NCBI GenBank assembly: GCA_030704615.1
Contig: CM060734.1
Span: 32,116,001 to 32,180,000, forward strand
Length of the DNA stretch: 64,000 bases
Origin: Takakia lepidozioides
Taxonomy: Eukaryota > Plantae > Bryophyta
Reading direction: 5' to 3'
Shown: piece by piece, positions 37,146 to 51,080 of the stretch
How the letters are laid out: every line of letters starts with the position of its first letter
How positions within the stretch are numbered: the first letter of the stretch is position 1
The notes under the pieces: generated by a model
Told to the model about the DNA's origin: nothing
What the model saw: the letters and a program-made list of their open reading frames with translations, nothing else
Database searches by the model: none
Position numbers and translations under genes: made by a program

Positions 37146-38868
37146 ATTAGCACACTCCCTGAGAGGCCTATCCGAGAAAGAACCTTCGGCTCTGTGGTGA
37201 CTCCTACACTGCCACCAAGTCCACGTCGAAGATTGCTGGGCATTCAATCACTTGTTCTTCTGGGGATTACTGATAAAGCAAGCAACACGCATGTAGGAAA
37301 ATTCGGATGCAGGCACAGGGTAATAGATTAGTCCTGACATGGTTAGCAAAGTGTACATTTGGAGGCATAGAATTGTCTTCACAGAATGTGGCAAACAGTA
37401 CTACACTTTGTGTGAGCTGCCAATGAACTAGGCAGGGCCGCGCCATTGTCAATAGGTATGTGATTTTGTATTGGATTTTCCAAAGTACAATGTTTATTGC
37501 TTTCCTTCTTATCTGTCGGCAGGCCTGCACTAGCCCTGACATGGTACTGGTTATTCCAACTGGACCCCATGTTGGAGTATGGTATTTGGGCATTCTGGGG
37601 GATGGGCAAATCCTCCAATGGTGTATAAATCCTGCATATTGAAATGTAAGTGCTATTGGGAATGCAGTGCTGCTGCTGCTTAGCAACAAAAAGCTTTTGC
37701 GGGTTTTGGTCCCCCAACAAAGCAATACTGTGCAAAGTTTATGCGAGCCTGGGAAAGTGTGCCTTCAACATGGCCAGACTTGGAAATGGTCCTGGACGCA
37801 CCTAGTGCGGCGGTCTTTTTAGTATCATTTGTGAAAAGCAGCAAAGCCGTCGATAGAAACCTTATTGGAAGAGTCGGACAATGTAGGCATGAAGAAAGTC
37901 CTGGGACGAGGATGGGGGTTGATAGTTTTGTCCTAGAGATAGCCCTGCACCTTCTAACATTTCCAATCCTGAGTGTTTATTGCAGCGTCAGCTCATGATC
38001 TCTCCCAGGAACTTGGGTATAAGTTATTATATCTGGAAACCATTTTGCAACGCGTGTACTGGTCTAGTGTGTCATCAGTAGCTGTAAAGAAAAGCATTCA
38101 TCAACTGGCCATGTGAGAGGGACGGTGGGACTGTGGGACTGTTCACTGGACCATGTGTGGTGTCAGTGTTGCACGAAAGACGAAAAGCAAAGGACGGTGT
38201 GGGAAAACAACCGTACTCTGAACCCACTTGCCAATTTGGCAGACTTATCCATGCATCGTCACCTACGTACTATGTGCCCAATCTGCTCAGCCTGATGTTC
38301 ACAGTTCACACCAATAAGTACACCTACCTACAGGTCTGAATTGAGCAGGAGACGGGAGATGCAGGATGAGAATCTCGAGGAGGTGGGGTCTGGCAAGCTT
38401 CACCTCATGATACACGTGAAGGAGGTGAATGAATTGGATTGTGGGACCTTGCCTCTGCAACTTCGTCACTCTCCCGTCACTCTCCCGCACAAGACTGACA
38501 AGGCTGCTCTCTCGCAGTCTGTCCCACAACACACAATGCGGTCGGTATGTAGCGTCTTGTTCCAGGCTCACGCCTTTGCAGCCTCATCTCTTTCACCACT
38601 TCCTCAGTGTTTGGGTCATGCTAGAGGGAGGCAGATCAGTTGAGAGGAAAACCTTGTTCCCCACTTTCACCAACACTTGGCCTCTCAACTTCCAAATAAT
38701 ACAGACTGGGCCTGAGAGAGTATATAAAGGAGGGCAAGGGTTCCCATATACAGGCTTCTTCCGGACTCGATCTTACTTTGGTGGGCTCTCGAAGCATGCA
38801 AAAATATTTAATAAGAAAAAAGAAAAAAGCAAGGGGACACTGAGTGGCCCTTTTGCTCAAATTAAATA

Positions 38869-39050
38869 ATAAAGATAAAGATAAAGTTTCTTTAACGTCC
38901 AGTGAATTTACAGAGCCTACTATTGCTCAACACACAGGCCATGGAGGGCCCAATGGACGGTCTGAAGGCACATGTTGAAGGATTGAACCCAGGATCACCT
39001 AGGTTATGCACAGGCAAGCCACAAACACCCAACCACTGGGCTACCTGCTC
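38869..39050 (-). mobile_element. tRNA-derived SINE, family 2, with (TTTATC)n tail
   Basis: Reverse complement of 43428-43583, with A/B boxes and tail GTTAAAGAAACTTTATCTTTATC. Confidence 0.75.
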
Positions 39051-39922
39051 AAGTGCAGGTAAAAAGAGTCACATCTGGTGGAAAAACTAACCACCATGGA
39101 GGCCGTGAAGGCTTACAGTGTTGGAACCTCCCCGTGTCCAGACGTCCAGACCATACTAGCTACATAAAACCCCAGGGGAACAAAAAATGAAGCAAGCGGA
39201 TACAGAAGAGTGTCAAGAGGATACGAACAGAGTGTCGTGACAGGATTGAAGCATGTGGGGAGATAGGAGTAGCCGAGAGCAGATGTGGGGGGGAGCATAA
39301 GGGATCACCTGAGCTGACTCAGCCTAAGGGAGGATTTCAGATGGTATCTGATTGAAGGGGTCAAGCCAGGAAGCAAGTAATCCTAAGCTAAAACATCAGC
39401 TGGGTTCTAAACTTGGTGTCACAAGTCACGAGCCTTCTTGTGCTGCCAGTTGAAATCTCGGAGACTTCCCAACTAGTGGGGAAGGCGTCTTGCCAGCAAA
39501 AACGCACGAAGGGAAGACTGGTGGCGAGAGAACGCTGTTTTTGCCCTAGGACTGCTGAAAATCCTGCAATAGCTTCCTCCCGCGTTGTTGTGAAGTTCTG
39601 GAAACAGCTGCAGACATAATGCCCCAGGCTTTTCCTCCCCTCAGTAAGCAGGTCGATAAAGAGAATGCCCCTGGGGGTTTTTCCTCATAAAAACAAGCAC
39701 ACCTAGCTTGTTTTTATGAGCTCTAAGATATGCCAACTGCCCCAGACTGGGCAAGAGCAGAACATCTGGCCAGGAAGCAAATTGAGAAGAAGCAAGGAAG
39801 TGGGGGGATGGGAAAGAGCCCCAGCTAGAATAGAACCCCAGCACCACACACCAAACTTTGCGTAAATTGGAACTTGAACCATCTTTAAATGAAAAGAAGC
39901 GTCCATATAAATTTATATACTA

Positions 39923-42889
39923 CCGTACCCTCTTATACGGTTGGGCAGAAATTTGCCCAATAATTTTTTTTTTCCCTTGAACGGCTGGGCAATATCACAT
40001 TAATATATCTTATTTGGGCAATCCAGTTATGAAGTTTATAATAATTTAGACAGGTCATGAGCCAAATATGTATTAATTGGGCAAAGAGTCATTGAGTAAT
40101 GAATTATCGAACCTACCAACTAGTCTTAAATAATTTATCTGATTTGAAATAAATTAGAGAGCACTGATCCAGCTATTCTGAGGTAATAACGGGTACCGTT
40201 ACATTATTTGACACAAAGCGCTACGTGGATCAAGCCGTCAATCAAGCTGACAACATCGATCCACTTGTTTGCTTGGTGTAGATTGAAAGGCAAACAAGTT
40301 ACTTTGAGATAGAGGAGAACTGAGTAGAGCAGCTTTAGCATTGAAAAGGCAGAGAACATTGCAAGGCTGCAAGCAGAGACCACAGTGTATACATGGAAGT
40401 TTGATGACAAAACTAAGTGATTTTTCCACTCTAGAAAGTATTGTGGTGTTGACTTTGGAAAAGCTTCCAAGGGATTTTGATACCAGGTTTGTAGAACCTT
40501 ATCTCGAAATAGATGAACTTCCAACACAGAAAACAATCTTGCCACATATTCTAAACTCTACTACATTACAATCATTTTATCGTCTCAGTTTACTAACTCC
40601 AGGTTTGCGTAGATTTGCACGAAACTATCATCTAGAACTGTATGACTTGAGTAGAGCACTTGTGACAGGTACCAAACAAGGATATAAGAGCTTTCAATAG
40701 TTTTCCAAATGTTTTTCCAATGCAGTATCACTAGTTCATTTTTTAGAGTTGATGAAGAAACCAAGCATAAACAGGTTATCAGAGACAAAGAAAGATTTAT
40801 CCAAGATCTTGCGAGCAGAACGAAAACCGATGTGCCTAAATCAAGCGGACTGCGGCCAGTGGGGAAACCTCGTAAGCAATACGTATGTACTATTTCATTG
40901 ATCGAGCATAATGACAGAATAGACATTGGTCGTTGTGAATCAAGTGCCGTACACGATGTATCTTCATCTACATAGAAGAAGGTCAGTTATATTCTCTTTA
41001 TATTTATCCATCTATATTATAATATCATTTTGTGCATCATCTTGAACTTGGTATTGATTTTAAAGGAACTTCTATACATACACAGGTCAAATCAAGGGGG
41101 ACATACATGAATTGGTTTACCAGAACTTTGGTCATTGATATCTGCTGCAGTGAAATGAAACCACACGTTGGCCGATGCTTTGCAGTATTTGCGGACAACT
41201 CACAAAAAACCCGGAGTCGTTGGAAGTCCCTTTGATAAATTGAGTAGAGGTACTCTCTATCATTGATTTACTTCGAGTGGTGAGCTTAAATCTAAATTTA
41301 AGGTTGCAGTAGAAAGATGGCTTGCTCAAACTGGAGCATTGATAAAACGAAGTCCTCTCTCAGACAGACCAGTACTGGTACGAGAAATGGTGAACTACTT
41401 AATGGGATGAGAGATGTTGGACAATCTCTTTGTGCCCCCATTATTGCTCATATTCTTCAAGGCATTATTCAAATCAGGGCACCGGAATTATTTAGTTCCT
41501 GTCACGGGAAAGGACGATTTTGGGTCACTATGCCATGGATCCGTAATTTTCTTAGTCGTGAGTTAAATTGGTCCTATAGGGTATCGACTACTGCTGTTGG
41601 AAAACTACCATCAACCTGGGAGCATGAAGGCAAACTCATGGCTTTTAGGGTTGCATATTTGGTCAGAATGTATAATATTCCGTCAAGTTTGGTTATCAAC
41701 ACAGATCAAATTGGAATTCATTTAGTTCCCATGGATGGAGAAAGAACATGGGAGAAAAAGGGGGCAAAAGACATTCATGTTCCTGGTGTTGAAGATAAAA
41801 GACAGATCACAGCTTGTGTCTCATCCTCGGCCAATGGCAATTTGCTCCCACTACAACGTGTTTTCAAAGGGAAAACATCACAGAGTCTTCCTTCTAGCAA
41901 ATGCAGTAAAGACTGTGTGGCTGCAGGTTTTTACTTAACCATTTCTAGTAACCATTGGTCCAATCTAGATACGTACAAGCAATTTGTGCAATTCGTGTTT
42001 GTTTCTTATTATTGCACGACGGTTAAGGCCCTGGGGCTTGGCTCCAGTTAGAAGATGATATGGCTTTTGGATTGTTGGTCTGTCCACAAATCGAAGGATT
42101 TTTTAGATTGGATGAAAGCTGAACATCCGAAGATCTGCAATTTTTTTGTGTTTGCAAATTGTACCAGCAAGCTACAACCTACAGATGTCATCCTTCAGAG
42201 ACCTCTTAAGCATGCTTTCAAAATGCAGAATTCAGAGTGGAGTTCCGCTCAAGTTCGAGAACAACTTCAAAGAGAAGTTGCTCCCAAAGACGTTCGACTT
42301 GATCTTTCTGTAAAAAGCTTAAAAAACCTAGTTTGTGGTTGGTTATTACAGTCATGGAAAGATGTGGCGAGAATGGAGGGTATGATTAGAAAAGGCTGGT
42401 AAGCCTAAGGACTGTTGAGACCTTTTGACGTTGAGTTTCAGAATGAGGCCATTGAATGTAATGCAACCGCTTCTTTATTCAACATAGCTCTATCAGATTT
42501 GTCTACAAAGACTTAGTCTATTGGTACTGAATCTGAATTAGTGGTAGTTGAAGACGAACTAGCTGAAGATGTTTATGAAGTAATGATTGAATGTCTCTCA
42601 ATTGTCTCTTAGTTTTCTGGACTAAGCTTATGAAAAAGTAGGTTGATTTTGATTTCTTTTCATAGCCTATAGATTGACAGTAATTAGAACTATCACGATG
42701 TACTTCTATGAATCAAGATAATTTCAAAACATATTTAATCATAATTTTCAAGATTTGGGCAATTTTTTTAATAAAATTTCAGCATTTGTTTTCAATAATT
42801 TTGCATTACTGGAAGTTCTGAAATTTGTATTTTTTTTGGACAAATGCTTAAAATAATTAATTTCTGCCCAACCGTATAAGAGGCTATGG
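39923..42889 (+). mobile_element. pogo-like Tc1/mariner DNA transposon with decayed DDE_1 transposase
   Basis: ~31-bp TIRs CCGTACCCTCTTATACGGTTGGGCAGAAATT (2 mismatches) flanked by TA. Transposase at ~41080-42500 has VINTDQ, WLLDCWSVH and SKLQPTD, with an in-frame TAG at 42049. Confidence 0.9.
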
Positions 42890-43427
42890 TATCTTCATAT
42901 AAATCAACGACGTATTGAAGCATATATTGAATTTTGTGTTCGTTACCTTTTCTTTTTTTAATGTTTTTTTGAAGGTGGTCATTTTTTGTGTAATAGACCG
43001 TAGGGCTGATTATGGTCTAGGTCTGCAGGGGAAGAAGAGTCCACATTTATCCTTTTTTGGTGCTACAACATCCCTTGATAAGTGATAAGTGTTTTCTTTC
43101 CCTTGATAAGTTAAAGAAACTTTATCTTATCTTATCCCTTGATAAGTATTGGTAAACTGGTAAACTCCCATGTGTCATTCCTGATCTCATGTCTAGTGTG
43201 TTTAGTACATAGGGCCACCCTTGAAAAGAGGTAGTAGCCGCAAGGTGAAGTGGCTCTTAGTTACGCCCGCCTCGGCCGGAGTCTTCTCTCTCTCTCTCTT
43301 TAGTAGTGTCAATAATAATTATTTACTGGGCATGTAGTATCTACTATGTTCGGTAAAGGACCTAGGGTTGTGACAGCCCAAAACTTGACAAACAGTTCTT
43401 GCTTTATCTGCCTCCGGCAGGTCATGC

Positions 43428-43583
43428 GAGCAGGTAGCCCAGTGGTTGGGTGTTTGTGCCTTGCCTGTGCATAACCTAGGTGATCCTGGGTTCAATCCTT
43501 CAACATGTGCCTTCAGACCGTCCATTGGGTCCTCGATGGCCTGTGTGTTGAGCAGTAGGCTCTGTAAATTCACTGCATGTTAA
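43428..43583 (+). mobile_element. tRNA-derived SINE, family 2 (tail missing)
   Basis: A-box TAGCCCAGTGG and B-box GGTTCAATCC (43489-43498). Near-identical to 38900-39050; a partial copy is also at ~8965-9005. Confidence 0.75.
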
Positions 43584-44928
43584 CCCTTAAATGAGAGCTA
43601 TTTTTTGGTGGGCCCACAAAAAAAGGTGCATACCCTTATGGACGAGGGTGTAACTTCTTAGCCCCAATCATCCATGGGGATGAACCTTATACTTATGTGC
43701 ACATCTACTAGATCCATGTCCTGTCAAAAAATAGGCAAATTGACCGTTGCATTCGGGAGATTATAACAAACTAATATGCCCCAATTTGTAAATATATTCA
43801 AAAATTGCATGGAAAAAATTGTTTGACCACAAAATTGAAGTATGGAGTTAAATCTTTCTAGACAAAGGCCCTCCATAATCTGATTATATGGCACCTAAAC
43901 TACTGCCTCCCCAAAAAATAGGCTGCTTTGTATGTGAAATCTTGGGGGTAAATTATCTTGTTTTGGCTCCTTTCCCAAGTACACCCATGAGGTGACATTG
44001 TTTTTCCAATTCCTCTAGTAAGTAAGTGCACAGTAACATTTCATGGTGCCTTGTCCAAATTTTTTGGCATTATGATAAATTTTCAGCCCTAGATGTTATC
44101 TTGAAGATTGCCCATTTGGCTGCCATGTAGGCAGGTCAATGGTGCTGTAACACTGAATTTCCTGAAACCCTGGCACTTTGCAAAATTCTAGGGAGCAGAG
44201 CTTTTATGATTTTTTGGTGCTGTAGATTCCCACATGTGCTCCTCTCTCACATCTACAATTCATCTTCAAGGTTCACTTCCATCCACTATCATCCATGGGA
44301 ACTGGAGCGATGCGAGTGCTAAGGGCCATTTCACAATACGGCCCAAAATTGAGGACCCATAATTGGGGTTTTTCTATCCTATGTTAAAATACCTCATGTT
44401 TCCTGTAAATGAAGCTGTACAGGATTTCACCATTATAACAAGCCTTTTGAGTCTTTTGTTGGCGTTGTCACATGCATGGAGAGCTGAACATGGATAGCTA
44501 ATGTGTAAACTTTAAAAAGAAGAAAAATCCCCAAAAACAAAAGTCCAAAGCCGCCCATGTGCCCCTTCGTTCACACGTGCGGCCTACATTATTGGAACCC
44601 ATCCCTTCACCAGGAAAGGGGATGAAGGATGAAACACATCCTCGTACATGCACGATGGCACTCAATCCCGTCAAGGCGGACAGCATCTTTGAGATTCTAA
44701 GAGAGGATTCGGACAGAGCTGGACGTCAACCCACGTGGTAAGTGACGAAGCGACAGGGATGGCGGTTGGGAACGGATGAATGAAATCCTAGTTTTTGGAT
44801 GAAATACAGGTTCTGTTCGCTGGAGTAAGGGGGACGGAGGGTGTGATAAAAGAGGGACGTTTGCGTTGCAGTTTGTCGCAGGGTCGTCGGACGGAGGCGA
44901 GCGAGCGAGAGAGAGAGCAGCAGCAGCC

Positions 44929-47900
44929 ATGGATCCATACAGGGTGATGCTCGCTTGCCTTCTGTCCTGGCTCGTCTCACGGTCTCCTCACGGATTAGAG
45001 TGTGTTATGATGTGTATGTGTTTCGAAGAGAACTCCGAATCTGCATTAGATCTTCTCTTCTCTAGACTCTCTTTGGGAGCGTGTGATGCCGTGGGGTGGT
45101 ACTTTCATTGAATCAGGTTCCGCCCGACGGGCAAGCAGATCTCTTGCTAGACTTATGGTGACTGTTTTCTTTTTGCAGTATCGACCCTCAAGTTCGTTCA
45201 ATACTCCTTTTCTTACCACAAATCAGGGTGGACCTGTGTACAATAACACGTCTTCTCTTACAGTTGGGAATCGAGGTATAATACATGTCCGTTTGCGACA
45301 CATGTTCGAGTCTAAATCGGATTAGCATCGGACCGGATCATTGAGCACTAGCTGTCATGCATGCTTAGTCCGAATTGGTAATTAATTAGGTGGCCATGCA
45401 TTGAAAATTCAAGAACTCTTTTGATACTAATGCGAGCTCAGTTGACAAGTTATATACTGTAGTACATGTATGTGAGTAGAGTCGCCTCAGTTGCACTTCG
45501 ACGACGTAGTTGGAATAGATCTGCAAGTAAAATGTCAAGGAGATCTTCGATCTCTCATCGATTACAATTTTGTGCAACTGGTGAAGTTTTCTATCACTGA
45601 TCGACATTGGGCCATACGCTTTGAACATCGATCAGTACATTGCAGAAGCAAAACCATGACTGCACATACGTAGAAAGCTGAGTGCAACAGCGGGATCGAT
45701 CTAAACGCAGTAACTCATATGCAATGTCGGGGGTTGACAGGGCCTGTTCTTTTGGAGGACTATCACCTCGTGGAGAAGATCGCCAACTTCCACAGGGAGC
45801 GTATTCCTGAGCGGATTGTGCATGCTCGTGGGGCAAGTGCAAAGGGATACTTTGAAGTCACCCATGATATCACCCACCTTACCTGCGCGGACTTTCTGCG
45901 GGGCGTTGGTGTGCAGGTTTGAGATTTGACCAAGCCCGTCTCCTGATTGACATACAAGTTGTCATGCCATTGAATTGAAGTCATAAGCAAGTTGTCCATC
46001 CAGCACGTTATTATTTGAAGGAGTCGTCTTTCGAGTACATCTGTAAAGGTCAGCCCTTCTTTGAATCTGGTTTTCGTGCTTACTCTTCGATCTGGTCTTT
46101 TGCAGACCCCCTTGATTGTGCGCTTCTCCACAGTGATTCACGAAAAGGGCAGTCCGGAGACATTGCCTGATCCTCGAGGCTTCGCAGTCAAATTCTATAC
46201 ACGAGAAGGCAACTTTGATATGGTTGGAAACAACATTCCTGTTTTCTTTGTTCGAGATGCAATGCAGGTAAATCTTCATCTCTAGATCATATGGAAGATT
46301 ACTGATCCTTGGGTCCCCATACCTCAGCTTGATAATGCACTGTCGTTGTACTGTGTGAGATCCTGAGGATCCCGATCAGTGCCAGGCAACTGCTTTGGAG
46401 ATGAGATCAATTGATTAGCCTACCGTGTGGTTGGGGTGTGCAGTTCCCAGATGTGATACATGCTTTAAAGCCAAATCCCAAGTCCAACATTCAAGAGTTT
46501 TGGCGCATCATGGACTATCTCTCTTACATCCCAGAGAGCACCCACATGTTTTTCTGGTGGTTCGATGACTGGGGCGTCCCCTCCGACTACCGCCACATGG
46601 AAGGCTTCGCTGTCCACACTTTCAAGGTTGGGCATCAATGGGATTGGAGTTATGATCTGTACTTATTTCAGACGAGTTCTGTTTTCACTTGCATCGATCG
46701 TGTATTGGATCGCACAGCACGGCAACTTAGGCGAGGGAAACAGCTCGGGCTTTGTGTGTTTACAAGCAGTGGAGAAAAAGAGCCTGAGAGAACCGAGAGA
46801 GAGGCGGTGTTAGTGGTGGGGGTAGTTACCTCCGGAATTTGTTGTGGGGTGTAGATCGCACGATTGTACAGTCCATATAGGGAAGACAAATATCGAATTG
46901 ACAAGTAGACGATCCAGCAACACGTCAGTGAAAGGGAAGTAGTACATGATAACTGAGGCAACTGGTCTCATAAGAACTTATAGATCTGGCAATGATCACT
47001 TAACGTTCCATCGTTGTATATGTAGCTTATCAACAAGGAAGGAAGAGAAACCTACGTGAAGTGGCATTGGAGGCCGACTTGTGGGGTCAAGTTCCTCCTG
47101 GAAGATGAGGCTGCTGCAGTGGTGGGCGCGAATCATAGCCATGCAACCAAGGACTTGTACGACACCATTGCATCTGGCAGCTTTCCTGAGTGGAAACTCT
47201 ACGTCCAGACAATGAATCCAGCAGACGAAGACAAGTTTGATTTTGACCCTCTGGACACCACCAAGATCTGGCCAGAAGACCTCTTTCCCTTGCAGGTATC
47301 TCCAACTTGTCCATGCTTGCTGCAGATATTTTGCAGAAGAGTTCTTGGCTAGGCAAATGATGAAACATGATCAACATTGATCTAGATGCCTGGCAAGTAA
47401 ACTCTTTGGATCAAATTGGGGGACGCCATGATACAGCAGAAGTCCTTTCTTTCTAAGTTCTTCATGAGACACTGGACATGTGAATGCAGCCCGTAGGCCG
47501 TATGGTCCTCAACAAAAACATAGACAATTTCTTCAACGAGAACGAGATGCTGGCCTTCTCACCGGGGGTTGTGCCACCGGGCATCTACTACAGCAATGAC
47601 AAGATGTTGCAATGCCGCATCTTTGCATATGGTGATACCCAAAGGCACCGGCTCGGCCCCAACTACTTGCTCTTGCCTGTCAATGCCCCCAAGTGTGCAC
47701 ACCACAATAATCACCACGAGGGCTTTATGAATTTTACGCACCGAGAGGAAGAGGTATTCTCGGACACAGTCTTTGTGCATCAGATTTTGCCTTGTCTTCA
47801 GACAATACATGTTGCAAACTGTGGGTACTAACTGATAGGATCTGTTGTGTTATGCCCTTCTTCTTTGGAAATGTCTTCTGTATGCATGCCCTGATGTTTG

Positions 47901-49481
47901 CATGTCAAACACAACACTGGTCCGGTTCCAGTTTGATCGCTGAATCTACACTTGATCACACATGGAGTATTGCAGAGATCTTGAGATGACCATGCATTTG
48001 AACGCTGTTTGATTCACCGTTCTGGGTTCAGGTGAACTACTGGCCGTCGCGCTTTGACTCGGTGCGCGTTTCAGAGCGTTATCCTACGTCTAAAACTCTC
48101 GTCAGCGGCGTCCGAGAGAAGGTCAGGACCATTCCTCCCTATTATCTAGACTTGTCAATCATGTCACGGATTACATTGAACTCTCCCCATGATTGAAGTA
48201 TGAATCTCAACTGGAAGACAGTCCCAGCTTCAGGGTATACGCGAACGGCTTGCAATTGCATCAAACTGAAAACATTCCTCAGCCAGGAGCCTATATCCTC
48301 TTTCTCTATCGTCGTGGGGAACACTTCACAGCTAAATCCAGGGGTGTGATCAACCGGCAGGGATCGCTAGAAGGTCACGTTTTAGGCAGAGACAAAGTAT
48401 TTCTCTCTCTTTCACACGGTCATACAGACGAAGGAGGGGGTGCAATCTACGCGAGTCACTGCGGACAGGACGGTCACAATGACATGCAAAAGCAGATCAC
48501 CGGGGCCTGCGCACTCGGCTCTTGGATGGGATACGCTCCACATTTTGTGGCGAGGGGACACCTCAAAATTCACCATTGGGCCCCACCCATTCATTAGCCA
48601 GGGGCGCAGTCCTTGGTCATCTGCGGTTGCCAGTCAAAATGGTTCGACTCGTCTTCGGCTGCTTGGCATTCGACCTGGTCAGCATAGCGGTATACATTTG
48701 GTAACGCATTCCGCTCCTGTTTTTCTTCACAGATCCCGTATCCCTGTTTGCAGTTTCCATCTGATCCGAGTCTCTTATTTGATGCCAGGAGAACCAACTT
48801 TCTGCCCCTTTCTTTTGTCATGATGGGCCTGACTTCTGTCTGGGAGTTTTGGTTTGCAGAGTGTGATACTGAAGGAGAACAACTTCCAGCAAGGTGGCGA
48901 ACGCTACCGGTCCTGGGATCCTGACAGGTTAGAACTTGTGCTTTCACATAATTGAGTGTTACACAGGCATTCTTTGGCTCTGCTAGCGAGCCTGCATTCC
49001 TCTTTTCCAGAAAACCTAACGAATTTAATTTAAGTTTACTAATTCACTTATGAATTGGGAACAGGCAAGAGAGATTCATTGGGCGCATGCACAAGGCCCT
49101 CTCGGACCCAAGACTGACCCATGAGATCCGAAGCATATGGCTCTCTTATATGGCTCAGGTAAGGTTCTTTACTTGGTTTCTCTCAATGGGTTTGATCTGA
49201 AGGTTGAGGCATGTTGAAATAGAAAGTCTGGTCTCTTAGCATGCCTGAGCGTCATGATTCTACTACAGGAATGGGCAGAAAATTCTTCTGAATTATGCGC
49301 CTTGCATCTTTTCAAACTTATTACGCACTGAAATGTGGAGTCCTTTTGCATGTAGGGCTGTAGTCTGATGTATGTGGAATGCTTTCCAGTCCTCAGCGTG
49401 TTTGTGTTTCCCCGTGTGCAGAGTGACAAGTCATTGGGTCAGAAGCTGTCAGCTCGCTTGAACATGAAGGCTGCAATGTAG
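44929..49481 (+). CDS. CAT: Monofunctional heme catalase, 11 exons
   Basis: Exons 44929-44943, 45179-45275, 45741-45916, 46106-46267, 46444-46626, 47026-47295, 47490-47753, 48032-48121, 48860-48927, 49065-49158, 49422-49481. MDPYR start, [42 protein letters not shown]-terminal QKL motif. Confidence 0.95.
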
Positions 49482-50109
49482 CACACCCTTTCCAAGAAAG
49501 ATTGTGGGGGATGACTGCTCTTACAGACAACTCAAATTGGAGTCATGTTAGCTACTTGTGCATAACATTGCAAAACTCAACAGGACTACAGCATAGCTAG
49601 AAGGAGATGACACCCTTCCCTTATCATGTGTGCCTGGTAGCTGTACAAGTCTGGAGAGAAAGCGAAATGCTCGAATGTGGGCCTCCTCGTAAATAAAAGA
49701 TATGACGTGTTTCAACTTACTAAGAGAAAAGGCATCAGTGCTCCTCCATGTTGGTACGGTTGAGAATAGTGTGAGCATGAAAGGAATCAAGATTCTATAT
49801 ATTTCGAGAACGCATCAAAAATATACTATCAATTTCAGCCCCACTTTCCAGTGCCCTTTCTGTCTCTTTGGACTGCAGCATTGTCTTCATACCCTGTAGT
49901 CCGCTCACGGTAGCTTAATTACAGCAACCTTTATCAGAAACGATATCTTACCCTCCTGCCCTTCTAACATTTGCTAACTCTGTCGGTAATCCCACGACCA
50001 CTCCACTACTATCCGCTTACATCGTCCTCTCCATGCCTGCTTTTGATGTCAGCTTGTGGCAAGGGAAGTGGAGGAGTCCATGCTGCTGGGTGCCGAGTCA
50101 ACATGCTCC

Positions 50110-50400
50110 AAATGGTCAGCCCGCGCCGCGCAGCCTCTGCTTTGATCATCTCCTCAGGGACGACAAAGATGCAACTTTAGAAAGTAGTTAAATTCCGTTG
50201 GTGCCTTCCACATCTGCGAGTTTCAAGAGCTTGAAGGTTTGGCATCACCACGAAATGAGCCCACATTGAGGAGATTTCCAATCTTAAGAACAGCTTCCAG
50301 CTGTTTTGTGAATGTCCGACTTCCTTTGAGCTCCCAAGTTACACGCCATCTGCAACACAAATTCAGTTCGAAACTGGTGAATAATCTTGGTTTCATCTGT
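50110..50400 (-). pseudogene. Class I formin FH2-domain fragment
   Basis: LEAVLKIGNLLNVGSFRGDAK / FKLLKLADVEGTNG / EEMIKAEAARR across frameshifts. Confidence 0.7.
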
Positions 50401-50619
50401 TGCTCTGCGTTTCTGTCACGCACCGCACAAGCAAGCTTGTCCAAAGTCAAATCTTTCTCTCATCTCTCATCTCTCAATCTTTGTCCCATAAGCTCTATGA
50501 GCTTTCCGCGGACGAATTCATTTCTCTTCTTGGCACCGCGCATGCCATGTGCATCTTAAATCCTTTGCTTCTCAAATTCTGCATCCATCGATGAGTGCGA
50601 TAGAATAACACGGCATTGG

Positions 50620-50745
50620 GTTAAGTTGGAAGGTACAATTTAAGCCCGCCAACCGATCGAAGAGGTCGTCCATCTTGACAAAGGGTATCGATTTTTTATA
50701 GTCACCTTATTCAGAGCCCTGTAATCGACACACATCCGCAACAAA
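50620..50745 (-). mobile_element. Ty3/gypsy reverse transcriptase fragment
   Basis: [21 protein letters not shown], then (frameshift) [10 protein letters not shown]. Confidence 0.8.
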
Positions 50746-50889
50746 TTGATCTTGGCTCTTGTAAAGTGAAAAGACCGTATAAGCATCAACATGCGCACGC
50801 AAACCACATGTGAACAAAGAGTGGCCTTCCATTCTTGATGTAGAGAGGCTGAGCTCTACCGGCCACAACACTTGAGATAGCTACAAAGG

Positions 50890-51080
50890 TCGCTATTTTG
50901 TATTCACTGCAGTCTCTGTCGAAGATTACATGGTGGTCCAAAGCTAGATCTGATGTACAGTGTACGAAGTTCTATCCCTGGAGCAGATTACGTTGGGCCC
51001 AGATACTTGACTTTTTGGATTGTTGTTATCTATTCATTGCACAAAATTTTGTTCAGTTTGCGGTTCTGATCAACTTGCAT
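50890..51080 (+). pseudogene. Possible GFA/CENP-V-like gene fragment
   Basis: HCSLCRRLHGG and FCSVCGS zinc-ligand motifs in different frames. Confidence 0.3.

Noticed and set aside
38869-43583. Composite transposon formed by two inverted SINEs around the pogo element
   Set aside because: No shared TSD; independent insertions explain the arrangement.
48193-48823. Nested ORFs in catalase intron 8
   Set aside because: Non-ATG starts and no recognisable motifs.
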